From the NCBI GenBank assembly GCA_948528155.1, contig CAOSZT010000002.1, positions 1 through 38,427 on the forward strand: 38,427 nt of DNA, in the 5' to 3' direction. Source of the DNA: an uncultured Clostridia bacterium. GTDB taxonomy: Bacteria; Bacillota; Clostridia; TANB77; CAG-508. Position numbers and translations under genes: made by a program. Shown piece after piece: positions 1 to 8,494 of this stretch (the stretch's first letter is position 1; every line of letters begins with the position of its first letter). A model generated the notes under the pieces. It had not been told where the DNA came from and searched no databases. It was given only the letters and a program-made list of their open reading frames with translations.

Positions 1-2
1 AG

Positions 3-563
3 TTTATTGAAAATCCACCTAGAAAAATATGGAATATAGATATAGAAGATACTTTAAAAATAGAGGAAGGAAAAATTGATTTAAAGGGAAATAATTTTGA
101 AGATTACAAAAGAAAAGTAAAGAAGTTTTTAGATGGAAATATGGATAATATGGTTATCTATAAAATTAAACATAATGAAAAATTAACAGAATTAGAAAAA
201 CAAGACTTAGAAAGAATTATGTTTGAGGAGTTAGGAAATAATAAAGACTTTGTAGATACTTTTGGAAATTCAAATGTAATACAAGTTGTTAGAAACTTAG
301 TAGGACTAGACAGAGAAACAGCAAATCAAATATTTTCAAAATATATAAATGATAATAAATTAAACAGCAAACAAATTGAATTTGTAAAAGCATTAAAAGA
401 ATATCTTATTGTAAATGGAATCATCAGTTTAGATAAATTAAAAGAACAACCATTCAGCACAATAGGTTCAATATCAGAAATTTTTAAAGATAATATTAAT
501 ACTTTTAATGAAATAAAAGAGGATATAGAAAGTATAAATGATAATGTTGTTAAGTTTGGTTAA
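3..563 (+). CDS. hsdR: Type I restriction enzyme R subunit (HsdR), C-terminal fragment; 5' end lies upstream of the window
   Basis: Frame 3 is open from nt 3 with no stop before the ATG at 141 listed in the ORF track. The tail VRNLVGLDRETANQIFSKYI..NSKQIEFVKALKEYLIVNGII..EQPFSTIG resembles, from memory, the EcoEI-type HsdR C-terminal domain. No search run. Confidence 0.5.
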   Translation, partial: FIENPPRKIWNIDIEDTLKIEEGKIDLKGNNFEDYKRKVKKFLDGNMDNMVIYKIKHNEKLTELEKQDLERIMFEELGNNKDFVDTFGNSNVIQVVRNLVGLDRETANQIFSKYINDNKLNSKQIEFVKALKEYLIVNGIISLDKLKEQPFSTIGSISEIFKDNINTFNEIKEDIESINDNVVKFG

Positions 564-611
564 AATTACAAAAGAAGGAGATTAGAAGAAAACTGGAGCA
601 GGAGAATTGGT

Positions 612-863
612 ATGGCAAAAATATATAAAGAAGCTAATAAAAGAGAAACAGAAACTACAATAAATGTGTTATATAGTGAGGAAATATTATCAATTTATAC
701 TAATAAAGTAGATTTACAAAAGAAACTATTTAAGATTTTAGGAGAACCTAAAAAAGAATACATAAAAGGAAGATCTGTTTTAGGTAGTTGTTGGGAAATA
801 TCATTAAAAGATAAAGGTAAAATAAATCAAATTATATTAAGAGCTAATATTTATGATGAATAA
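612..863 (+). CDS. hypothetical protein (83 aa)
   Basis: ORF with GGAGAA 6 nt upstream of the ATG. No recognisable motif. Confidence 0.55.
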   Translation: MAKIYKEANKRETETTINVLYSEEILSIYTNKVDLQKKLFKILGEPKKEYIKGRSVLGSCWEISLKDKGKINQIILRANIYDE

Positions 864-899
864 AAGAGTAAAATATATGAATTATATAGGAGATATACA

Positions 900-1493
900 A
901 TGGATTTATTAGAAGAAATTAAAAATAATGATAGGCAAATACAGAATATAAATATTGATTATATTAAAATAGATAACATATCTTTAGAAGATGTGGAATT
1001 TCAAAAAGTAGTTTTTAGTAAATGTAATATAACAAGTAGTAGATTAGAAAATAGTTCATTCTATAATGTTTCTTTTAATAATTGTAACTTTTCTAATACA
1101 TCATTTGAAAACAGTACATTTCATAATTGCAAATTTGATAATTGTAAAATAGAAGGTGCAAGTTTTATAGAAAATTCAATTTTTGAAGTAACATTTCAAG
1201 ACACAAATGCTAATTTAATAAACTTATCAAATACTCATTTAAGAAATACAAAATTTATCAATACAACATTAAAAAATAGTTATTTTCAAGAAAATAAGCT
1301 AAAAAATATTGAATTTGAAAATACAGATTTAAGACAAGTACAGTTTTTTAAAACGAGTTTAGCAAATGTAGATTTATCTAGTTCAATAATTGAAGGAATG
1401 TCAATTTCACTAGAAGATATAAAAGGTGCTGTAATAAATGAATTACAAAGTATAGATTTATTATATCTGATAGGAGTAAAATTAAAAAAGTAA
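900..1493 (+). CDS. pentapeptide-repeat protein
   Basis: Continuous 5-residue periodicity over about 150 aa (SRLENSSFYNVSFNNCNFSNTSFENSTFHNCKFDNCKIEGASF...). AGGAGA RBS 7 nt upstream. Confidence 0.8.
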   Translation: MDLLEEIKNNDRQIQNINIDYIKIDNISLEDVEFQKVVFSKCNITSSRLENSSFYNVSFNNCNFSNTSFENSTFHNCKFDNCKIEGASFIENSIFEVTFQDTNANLINLSNTHLRNTKFINTTLKNSYFQENKLKNIEFENTDLRQVQFFKTSLANVDLSSSIIEGMSISLEDIKGAVINELQSIDLLYLIGVKLKK

Positions 1494-1516
1494 ATTACTA
1501 AAATTCGTTACGATAA

Positions 1517-1843
1517 GTGGAGGTGGTACAAATAAATTACTGGTGGATTTGGTTTATAATACTTTTTTGTTGTATAATAATACCAAGAAGAAATAAGTTA
1601 TATTTAGGAATACTGAATAGAAAAAGGAAAGGTAGGAAAAGAAAAATGCCACAAGAATTAATGAAAGAATTTATAGGAAAAGTATGCACAATTATATTAT
1701 TTAATGAATCTTTTGGAGTACAGGGAAAAATAGTCGCAGTAGAGGATAATTGGATAAAAGTTGAAGAAAAAAATAAGATTCGTATAATTAATGGAGATAT
1801 GATAAGAGATATATCAATAGCACCTGAAAAATATCAAAAGTAA
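1517..1843 (+). CDS. hypothetical small protein; start uncertain (GTG 1517 with TM-like N-terminus, or ATG 1646)
   Basis: ORF track. The C-terminal 65 aa (MPQELMKEFIGKVCTIILFNESFGVQGKIVAVEDNWIKVEE..) look like a small beta-barrel protein. A purine-rich stretch precedes 1646. Confidence 0.45.
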   Translation: MEVVQINYWWIWFIILFCCIIIPRRNKLYLGILNRKRKGRKRKMPQELMKEFIGKVCTIILFNESFGVQGKIVAVEDNWIKVEEKNKIRIINGDMIRDISIAPEKYQK

Positions 1844-1859
1844 CTACAAAATTACAATT

Positions 1860-2147
1860 TTGAAACGAGGTTTATATAAATTGAAAACTGATTTAATAAC
1901 AATACCAAATATCGGTAAAAAAACAAAACAATCACTATTAAACATAGGAATTACTTGCGTTGAAGATTTAATAGGAAAAGATCCAGAAGATTTATATTTT
2001 AAAGACTGTATAAAGAAAGGATTTCAAGAAGATAGATGTCAGTTATATCTTTTTAGAATGGCTATATATTATGCAGAAAATGATATTTATGAAGAAGAAA
2101 AATTGAAATGGTGGTATTGGAAAGACAAGCAATATCCAGAAAAATGA
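1860..2147 (+). CDS. helix-hairpin-helix domain protein (Cdd1 / pathogenicity-locus-like)
   Basis: TTG start. IPNIGKKTKQSLLNIGITCVEDLIGKDPEDLY ... DRCQLYLFRMAIYYA matches the HhH plus Cys/LY-FR-A-YYA pattern of that family as I remember it. Confidence 0.5.
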   Translation: MKRGLYKLKTDLITIPNIGKKTKQSLLNIGITCVEDLIGKDPEDLYFKDCIKKGFQEDRCQLYLFRMAIYYAENDIYEEEKLKWWYWKDKQYPEK

Positions 2148-2169
2148 AAAGTACAATATGTAGAGAGGA

Positions 2170-2204
2170 TTGACTTTTATGCCTAAAATACATTAGGAAA
2201 AATG
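2170..2204. repeat. candidate left copy of the island-flanking direct repeat (attL-like)
   Basis: TTGACTTTTATGCCTAAAATACATTAGGAAAAATG resembles 38336..38389 (TTGACCTTT-[19 nt]-TATGGCTAATACATTACAAAACAATG). It lies between convergent gene ends. Confidence 0.35.
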
Positions 2205-2238
2205 ACATCTATTGATATATACCAAATAAATAAAAAAT

Positions 2239-2269
2239 AATAGATAGCAACTAATCAATGCTATCTATT
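2239..2269. terminator. bidirectional hairpin terminator between convergent genes
   Basis: Perfect 11 bp stem AATAGATAGCA / TGCTATCTATT with a 9 nt loop, A-run upstream and T-run downstream. Confidence 0.6.
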
Positions 2270-2511
2270 TAATCTTTAACTAAATTTTTTAAGTTATTGT
2301 AATCGACTTCTAATATTTTACAAATAATAATCAGTTCAAAATCTTTTAATATAACTTTACCATTAATAATTTTATATAAATGCCATCTATCTATATTAAT
2401 TCCTCGTAATTGTAATTGCTTACACAAATCTTCTTTTGTCATATTTTTTTCACGAAGAGATTTTTCAATAAAATCTCCTGCAACATTTGATTTTCCATTA
2501 TATTTTCTCAC
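2269..2511 (-). CDS. XRE-family helix-turn-helix transcriptional regulator (80 aa)
   Basis: MTKEDLCKQLQLRGINIDRWHLYKIINGK is a typical HTH_XRE core. This is the only credible minus-strand gene, divergent from 2664. Confidence 0.75.
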   Translation of the reverse strand: MRKYNGKSNVAGDFIEKSLREKNMTKEDLCKQLQLRGINIDRWHLYKIINGKVILKDFELIIICKILEVDYNNLKNLVKD

Positions 2512-2541
2512 AACAAAATTCTCCTAAAAATTACATATATA

Positions 2542-2571
2542 TTGATTTTATTACAAATTCTATGATATAAT
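2542..2571 (+). promoter_or_regulatory. sigma-A type promoter (TTGATT-18-TGaTATAAT)
   Basis: -35 at 2542..2547. Extended -10: TG at 2563-2564, TATAAT at 2566..2571. Confidence 0.45.
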
Positions 2572-2596
2572 GTGGTCAAGTCAACCAATAATATTT

Positions 2597-2625
2597 TTGA
2601 CAGTTAGAATTTTTTTATGTAAGAT
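2597..2625 (+). promoter_or_regulatory. sigma-A type promoter (TTGACA-17-TAAGAT)
   Basis: Consensus -35 at 2597..2602, 17 nt spacer, TAAGAT at 2620..2625, upstream of ORF 2664. Confidence 0.5.
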
Positions 2626-2663
2626 AATTTAAAATATAGAAAAAATGATAAGAACAATTAAAA

Positions 2664-3473
2664 ATGTATTATACATTGGGAGAGAATATGAAAGAAAAGA
2701 TTATCCAGATAGTGGTTTTTAGCAGAAAACAAGAATTAGCAGAGAAATTTAAGTATGCAATAAATTGGGAATCAAGATATTTTAGGCAAGAAACTAAAAT
2801 TATAAATGATATTGAAGAACTTAGGAAAGTAAAAAAAGTAAATATACTTATAGTTCTTATTGATGAGCAAATGAATTGGGAATTTATTGAATTTAACAAA
2901 GAAGTCTTAAATAGCAAAACTAAAGAATGTTTTATTATTGATATGCAAAAAAGAACTATAACAAAGAATGGTATAACAGAATTATTAAGAGATAGCCAAG
3001 ATGATAAAGCACTAGCATTTAAAATAGTATATGATTATTATATAGAGTTAAAGAAAAAGAATGAAAAATCACAATTATCATATAATTACAAAAAACTAAA
3101 AAAAACTATGAATAAGTTTGAACAAGGCGATAACAAAAGTATTATACTAGATAAAATAGATGAAGTTGTGATGGAGAATAGACGTAATAATTCTGCAGGA
3201 TATGAAAAATTAAAAACAATGATATATTTTTCTATTGTAAATAAATTAGAGGTTGATAGTGAAAAAAATTATAATTACTTTCATAAAGCTATTGCAAGGA
3301 TTTTTAATGAAAATGTAACTGTTATTTTAAATGAAATTAATAGTACCATAAGAATAATAAGAAAAAGAAAGAAACAATTAAAAATACAAGAATATTTAGA
3401 GGAAATAAAAGGAAAACAAATAATAGAACAGATTATATTGATAAGTAAAATAGTAGAGAAAAGTATGAATTAA
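2664..3473 (+). CDS. hypothetical protein, possible regulator; likely start ATG 2688
   Basis: GGGAGAG precedes the ATG at 2688 (MKEKIIQIVVF..). The N-terminal ~100 aa weakly resemble a receiver-like alpha/beta fold (NILIVLIDEQMN). Not verifiable by eye. Confidence 0.55.
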   Translation: MYYTLGENMKEKIIQIVVFSRKQELAEKFKYAINWESRYFRQETKIINDIEELRKVKKVNILIVLIDEQMNWEFIEFNKEVLNSKTKECFIIDMQKRTITKNGITELLRDSQDDKALAFKIVYDYYIELKKKNEKSQLSYNYKKLKKTMNKFEQGDNKSIILDKIDEVVMENRRNNSAGYEKLKTMIYFSIVNKLEVDSEKNYNYFHKAIARIFNENVTVILNEINSTIRIIRKRKKQLKIQEYLEEIKGKQIIEQIILISKIVEKSMN

Positions 3474-3511
3474 TAATCTATAAGAAATTTTTTAGAAAGG
3501 AGCGATTAATT

Positions 3512-3709
3512 ATGACAATGCAATTATGGGAACATTGGGATAATATGTCAAATGAAGAAATACTTAGAGAATTATTATTGATGATATTAATAACAATAGT
3601 AATAGGAATAGTTACAGGATTATTGACATATTTAAAGAATAAATACAAAGATAAAGTAAATGAATCAAATAGTAAAGCGTTAAAATTTATTTTTAACAAT
3701 ATTCTATAA
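3512..3709 (+). CDS. small membrane protein (65 aa)
   Basis: AAAGGAG RBS. One hydrophobic helix, LLLMILITIVIGIVTGLLTYL. Confidence 0.55.
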   Translation: MTMQLWEHWDNMSNEEILRELLLMILITIVIGIVTGLLTYLKNKYKDKVNESNSKALKFIFNNIL

Positions 3710-3710
3710 T

Positions 3711-3780
3711 GTAAACATAAAATTTTGCAAAAACCTTGCAAAATCCTGCAGTATACATTCAGTTTTTTTAGTGTTAAAAT
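3711..3780 (+). promoter_or_regulatory. TTGCAAAA-box promoter cassette, copy 1
   Basis: GTAAACATAA-ATTTTGCAAAAACCTTGCAAAATCCTGCAGTATACA, then a 17 nt spacer and TGTTAAAAT (extended -10, hexamer 3775..3780). TATACA sits in the -35 position (3752..3757). Near-identical to copies at 15536, 26862 and 36649. Confidence 0.65.
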
Positions 3781-3806
3781 ATTAGTATGAAAAATTGTAG
3801 GTAACG

Positions 3807-3846
3807 AAGAGAGCTAATTAGAGAAATCTAACTAGCTTTCTTTTTT
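3807..3846 (+). terminator. leader hairpin plus T-tract between promoter cassette 1 and the first gene
   Basis: AAGAGAGCTAATTAG / CTAACTAGCTTTCTT, a 15 bp stem with 1 wobble and 1 mismatch, and a 6 nt loop. It runs into TTTTTT, 19 nt before ATG 3865. Confidence 0.6.
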
Positions 3847-3864
3847 GCTATTTTAGGAGGAATT

Positions 3865-4896
3865 ATGAAAAGTATAGTAAAAGGAAGTATAGTAACAGGA
3901 CTATTAGCAATATGTTTAATAACAAATGTATATGCAACACAAGGAACAAAAACAATAAAAAAAGATATTTTAAAATCAGAAGAGAATAATTTTTTAACAA
4001 CAATAGAACAAGAATATATAGAAGAAAACAAACAATATGAATTAGTAAATTATTTAAAAACAGAAGATGAAGAAAATGAGAAAACTGTAACAGCATATAA
4101 GAAAGATATTATTAAAACTAATTCAAGAGAAGCTATTATTGAACATTTTGGAGAAACATTACAATATTTAGATAGTGAATATTTTGGAACAATTGATTTA
4201 AAGGATTATGAAATAAAAGAAATTAACAATGGAAAATATGAAACAATTGATGAGAAGAAGATTAATTTTAGTAAATATAGTAAAAATGATTTAGATAATA
4301 TTGAAAAAGAAAAAGTTATAAATGGAGTAACATATTATCTTATAAATGTTAATTGGGAAAATGATGAAACAGAGAATATTGATAGTCAAGAAGTACCTGT
4401 AACTTATAAAGGTGTAATGGTATATCAAGCTATTGTAACAAGAAATAATCCATTTAGTTATGAGATAACAGTTACATACAAAGGGAATGTAAGAAAAAAA
4501 GATCCTATCTACTTATATACATTAGAATATGAAAAAGTAGAGGAAGAAGCTGTTGTTATTCAGGAAGGATCAAAAGATTATATAGTACCTACAATTATTA
4601 TAAGTGGATTAGGTATAGCATTAGTAATTGTTTATTGTATTGGAAAAACAACAGCAAGAGTATATGTTAAAACAGACAATGGGTTCAAATTAATAAAAGT
4701 TGTTAGATTAAGTAAGAAGCACAATACAATCAATATAAGTAATTATAAACACAAAACAATTACAAATATGTTTGCGATAAAAACTACAAATGGATTCTAT
4801 AATAAAAATCAAAATATGCTTATAAAAGTAAAGAAAGATAAGTTTACTAAAAATGTATATCTTAATAGTGCTTATATTGATTTTATTTTAGGATAA
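3865..4896 (+). CDS. membrane-anchored surface protein (signal peptide, C-proximal TM helix)
   Basis: AGGAGG RBS. Signal-like N-terminus MKSIVKGSIVTGLLAICLITNVYA and TM helix IVPTIIISGLGIALVIVYCIG, followed by a basic ~85 aa tail. Confidence 0.7.
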   Translation: MKSIVKGSIVTGLLAICLITNVYATQGTKTIKKDILKSEENNFLTTIEQEYIEENKQYELVNYLKTEDEENEKTVTAYKKDIIKTNSREAIIEHFGETLQYLDSEYFGTIDLKDYEIKEINNGKYETIDEKKINFSKYSKNDLDNIEKEKVINGVTYYLINVNWENDETENIDSQEVPVTYKGVMVYQAIVTRNNPFSYEITVTYKGNVRKKDPIYLYTLEYEKVEEEAVVIQEGSKDYIVPTIIISGLGIALVIVYCIGKTTARVYVKTDNGFKLIKVVRLSKKHNTINISNYKHKTITNMFAIKTTNGFYNKNQNMLIKVKKDKFTKNVYLNSAYIDFILG

Positions 4897-4909
4897 TACG
4901 GAGGGGAAA

Positions 4910-5917
4910 ATGGAGTTAGAAAATGCAACTGTAATTGATTTTGGAGATGTAGAATTACTAGCCACCAAAAAAGAATTATATATGGGATATAACAATGAAG
5001 CTAAGTTTAGAATAAATTGGTGTAGATTAAAAAATAAACCAGATGAATTAATATGCTTAAATGAAGAGATTGATAAATTATCAGAAGAAATTAAAAAAAA
5101 GAATATACCAATAATTAACATAGGAAGAATAATTGAAAAGCAATTTGCAGAGATATTAGAAAAAGAACTCAATAGCTTTATAGGAAAAAATATTAATAAT
5201 ATTTCTTATTTCTTTCAAAAACAAGAACGTGTAAACGCAGATGGGGAGAAATATTATACCAATCCAGATTTTTTAGATATATCAGACATTGGAATAGATT
5301 ATCTTAAAGAAAAGGCTGATATAAACCATAAAGCAAGAGTATATACATCATCTGTTTATTATGAAGAAATAAATCATTCTAAGCTTAAATATAGAGCTTC
5401 TTATTATAGCTCCGAATTTAGTGCAATAGAAGTTGATATGAGAAAACAAGAAATATTAACTCAACCAGGATTCATTATGAATCAAATATATAGTGATGTT
5501 AGTTTATGCAAAATTCTAGCATACAAACAATATGAATTAGGAATAACACCACCATTTTATAATGAAGTTGCAAAAATTAATCAGTTTTTAAAAGATAAAA
5601 AGACAGTTACAGTAATATTAGCAGATGATAGAGAAGTCAAAACAAAAGCGAATATAACTGATATTATGGATTTCTATAATGGTGTGTTTATCTTAAAAAA
5701 AGATTTGTTTGATATACCTTTTAATGAAGATAATTTGGAGTTAAGAAATATAAATAATATAAAAGCTATAAGACACGGAAAAACAGAAATTGAAATAGAT
5801 ACAAGAAATTTAAAACCAGTGAAATTACAGCTTGATGACATTATTCAAAATGATAATAAAGGGATAATCTGTAATATTCAAAATGAAGAAATAGAGGAAT
5901 TAGAAAATGAATGTTAG
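4910..5917 (+). CDS. hypothetical protein (335 aa)
   Basis: GGAGGGG RBS, long ORF, acidic C-terminus. No motif recognised. Confidence 0.7.
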   Translation: MELENATVIDFGDVELLATKKELYMGYNNEAKFRINWCRLKNKPDELICLNEEIDKLSEEIKKKNIPIINIGRIIEKQFAEILEKELNSFIGKNINNISYFFQKQERVNADGEKYYTNPDFLDISDIGIDYLKEKADINHKARVYTSSVYYEEINHSKLKYRASYYSSEFSAIEVDMRKQEILTQPGFIMNQIYSDVSLCKILAYKQYELGITPPFYNEVAKINQFLKDKKTVTVILADDREVKTKANITDIMDFYNGVFILKKDLFDIPFNEDNLELRNINNIKAIRHGKTEIEIDTRNLKPVKLQLDDIIQNDNKGIICNIQNEEIEELENEC

Positions 5918-6797
5918 AAAAGAACAAGAAATAAAAAATGTTATAAGTCATATTGAAGAAGCAGTTTGGAATGGAAGGCATAATGATTCAAGAGGGTATG
6001 TGATTGATTTAAGTAATATAAATAACAAGATTGAAATATCAGCAGATATTATAGAACCAGTACACGAATCTTTTACAACAGAGCCACATTTTAAAATAGG
6101 AACAGAGCCAGGAAATATGGAACAGGCTATTAGTAAATATATAGAGATGAAAAAACCTTATATTTTTAATCTTATAGAATATAACAACTTATTAAAATTA
6201 CCAGAAGAAACACAAAAAATGTTTATAAGTAATTTATTAAAAATTGAAACGAAACTTGAAAATATAAAGAATAATGGGATTGGTGCTAATAGTTTAAGAG
6301 TTCAATTATTTAAAAAGGAAACTGAAAAAGAAAAATTATATACAGAGAAACAAAATATAGAAAATGAATATATAGAAATATCTAAAAAGAAAGAGCAAAA
6401 TATTAAAGATATTAATAAATATGTAGAAAAACTAAAAAGAAATAATAATTTATTTAGTCCTATAAGCATTATTAATAGAGTATTTTCAAAGCAAGAAATT
6501 AAAGATCAAAACAAGTTTTATAAAAATGAAGCTGTAAGATTAGAGAAAGAAAATATTAAAAATACCGAATTAATATTTGAAAAGATGTTTTACAAGAATG
6601 ACTTAACTAAAAAGATTAATAAAGTTGAAAAAGAAGTTCAGGAATTAAGAAAACAATACGAATTAGAAAATAAAGAACAAGTAAAAGAATCAGATATATT
6701 AAAAGAAAAAAATATGTTATTCAAAGTTTTCAATATAGATGTTGAAAACATAAATCTTAAAGAAAGGGAAATAGAGGAGCAAGAGGAAAGTGAGTAA
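5907..6797 (+). CDS. hypothetical coiled-coil protein (296 aa)
   Basis: Overlaps the upstream stop by 11 nt. GAGGAA RBS. The K/E-rich C-terminal half has heptad character. Confidence 0.65.
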   Translation: MNVRKEQEIKNVISHIEEAVWNGRHNDSRGYVIDLSNINNKIEISADIIEPVHESFTTEPHFKIGTEPGNMEQAISKYIEMKKPYIFNLIEYNNLLKLPEETQKMFISNLLKIETKLENIKNNGIGANSLRVQLFKKETEKEKLYTEKQNIENEYIEISKKKEQNIKDINKYVEKLKRNNNLFSPISIINRVFSKQEIKDQNKFYKNEAVRLEKENIKNTELIFEKMFYKNDLTKKINKVEKEVQELRKQYELENKEQVKESDILKEKNMLFKVFNIDVENINLKEREIEEQEESE

Positions 6798-6803
6798 TAC
6801 TAT

Positions 6804-7634
6804 ATGTGCCAGGTTGATACATATTTAAAAGAACTAAAAAACAGATTTAATATGATTAATCCGAAAGAATATTATTTAAGTTATTCAGGAGGAAAAGATA
6901 GCCATTTATTATATTGGTTTATAAAGGAATATTTAAAAAATAACGATATAGCAATTATTGGAGTAGATACAAGATTGGAACATCAAGAAATTCTAAAAAG
7001 AATCAATAATAATTCTGATAAAGTTTTATATCCAGAGTTAGAACCATTTGAAATAAAAGAAAAATATGGAATACCTTGCTTTTCAAAATGGCAAGATGAG
7101 ATGATATATCGTTATCAAAAAGGATCTCGTAGACCATATCTTATAGAAAGGATAACAGGAATACATAAAGATACAGGAGAAAAAATAATTGGTAGATTTA
7201 AACTAAATAATACAGCAAAGAAATTATTATTAAATGAACAACTACATAAAGTTAGTCCAAAATGTTGCGAATATCTAAAGAAAAAACCACTTAGAGAATA
7301 TGAAAAAGCTACTAATAAAAAAGCAATTTTAGGAGTTAGAGGAGATGAAGGTACTTTAAGGAAACAACAGTACACAAGTTGCTTTACAAAAAATGGGAAA
7401 TTTACACCTATATTTGATTTAAGTGATGAACTTTTAAACCAAATATATAGTAAATATAATATAGAATTGCCAAAAATATATAAATATTTACAAAGAACAG
7501 GTTGTATGGGGTGTCCTTATGGAAGTTACAGAGGAGATACACAAAAAGAATTAGAATTAGTAGGAAAAGAACAAAGAAAATTGATATATGAATTATTTAA
7601 AGAAAGTTATGAGGTTTTAAAAATAAATCCTTAA
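6804..7634 (+). CDS. PAPS-reductase-like PP-loop ATP pyrophosphatase family protein
   Basis: PP-loop YLSYSGGKDSHLL near the N-terminus and a C-terminal Cys cluster RTGCMGCPYG, as in the PAPS reductase / DndC-like superfamily. Confidence 0.75.
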   Translation: MCQVDTYLKELKNRFNMINPKEYYLSYSGGKDSHLLYWFIKEYLKNNDIAIIGVDTRLEHQEILKRINNNSDKVLYPELEPFEIKEKYGIPCFSKWQDEMIYRYQKGSRRPYLIERITGIHKDTGEKIIGRFKLNNTAKKLLLNEQLHKVSPKCCEYLKKKPLREYEKATNKKAILGVRGDEGTLRKQQYTSCFTKNGKFTPIFDLSDELLNQIYSKYNIELPKIYKYLQRTGCMGCPYGSYRGDTQKELELVGKEQRKLIYELFKESYEVLKINP

Positions 7635-7650
7635 ATTAAGAGGTAAAAAA

Positions 7651-8145
7651 GTGAAAGAGTTATTATTAAAATTAAAGGAATACATAAAAGAAATAATACT
7701 TAATAAAGATGAAGAAAAAAGAGAAAATCAAGAACTAACAGGAAATATAATTAGAAATAAAGTAAGTAAAATTAACTTATCTGAAAATTACGATTTTAAT
7801 AGATTAAGATATGATTATGGGATTAGATTAAAAAATGATAGCATAGTAAAAGTAAAAAGTAATCAATTAATTATTAATGAAGAAGGTTTATTATATTTCT
7901 TAGATGAACAAAACAATGAAGAATTAGAAGTTGGTAAGATTGAAGATTATTTATATGAATTTGATATATTTAAGCAGGAATGGAAAAAAGCAGACATTAT
8001 TAGCATATTAGTAAATTTGGATTTTAGTGTAAAAAGACTAAAAGAAGCAGATAAAATGATAATAGAAAATAGAAATATAAACTTCTATTCTAATATTTGT
8101 AATAACAATTTTGAAATAAAAGGAGTAGAAGTATATGAAAGATAA
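7651..8145 (+). CDS. hypothetical protein (164 aa, GTG start)
   Basis: AGAGGT RBS 6 nt upstream of the GTG. Confidence 0.6.
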   Translation: MKELLLKLKEYIKEIILNKDEEKRENQELTGNIIRNKVSKINLSENYDFNRLRYDYGIRLKNDSIVKVKSNQLIINEEGLLYFLDEQNNEELEVGKIEDYLYEFDIFKQEWKKADIISILVNLDFSVKRLKEADKMIIENRNINFYSNICNNNFEIKGVEVYER

Positions 8146-8494
8146 TGATTTGACAATAGAAAATATAAAAAAACAAGTAGATGGCAGAAATTTAGAAGAT
8201 GTTAAATTAAAAGATATGGTTGAGATATTAAACAAACTAAAAGAAGATCTAAACAAAACAGATTTACAAGAAACGAAAACATTAGAAGAATGTAATAGTG
8301 TTGTATTTAATCCTTTAATGGAAGAATATATGGGATATAGAAAAGCCTATATACAAAATGCTATTAATAAACAAGAATTTGAACATTTAGTATTAGATTA
8401 TATAAAACAAGATCAATTTAAAGATATTTATGAAAAAGCATTAATAATAAATGAAAAAGCAGTATTGAATGAAAGCGAGGAATTATCAAAATGA
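8135..8494 (+). CDS. hypothetical protein (119 aa)
   Basis: AAGGAG RBS. 11 nt overlap with the upstream gene. Confidence 0.6.
   Translation: MKDNDLTIENIKKQVDGRNLEDVKLKDMVEILNKLKEDLNKTDLQETKTLEECNSVVFNPLMEEYMGYRKAYIQNAINKQEFEHLVLDYIKQDQFKDIYEKALIINEKAVLNESEELSK

Noticed and set aside
3725-3757. Reading the TTGCAA repeats of the box themselves as -35 hexamers paired with TATACA as a -10.
   Set aside because: The spacings are 10 and 21 nt, neither compatible with sigma-A. TATACA instead sits exactly 17 nt upstream of a TGn-extended -10 in all four copies, so the TTGCAAAA repeats are better read as upstream operator or activator sites.
5767-5787. Possible Walker A motif (AIRHGKTEI) in ORF 4910..5917.
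   Set aside because: There is no Gly five residues upstream of GK and no Walker B-like hhhhD/E context, so this is a chance GKT.
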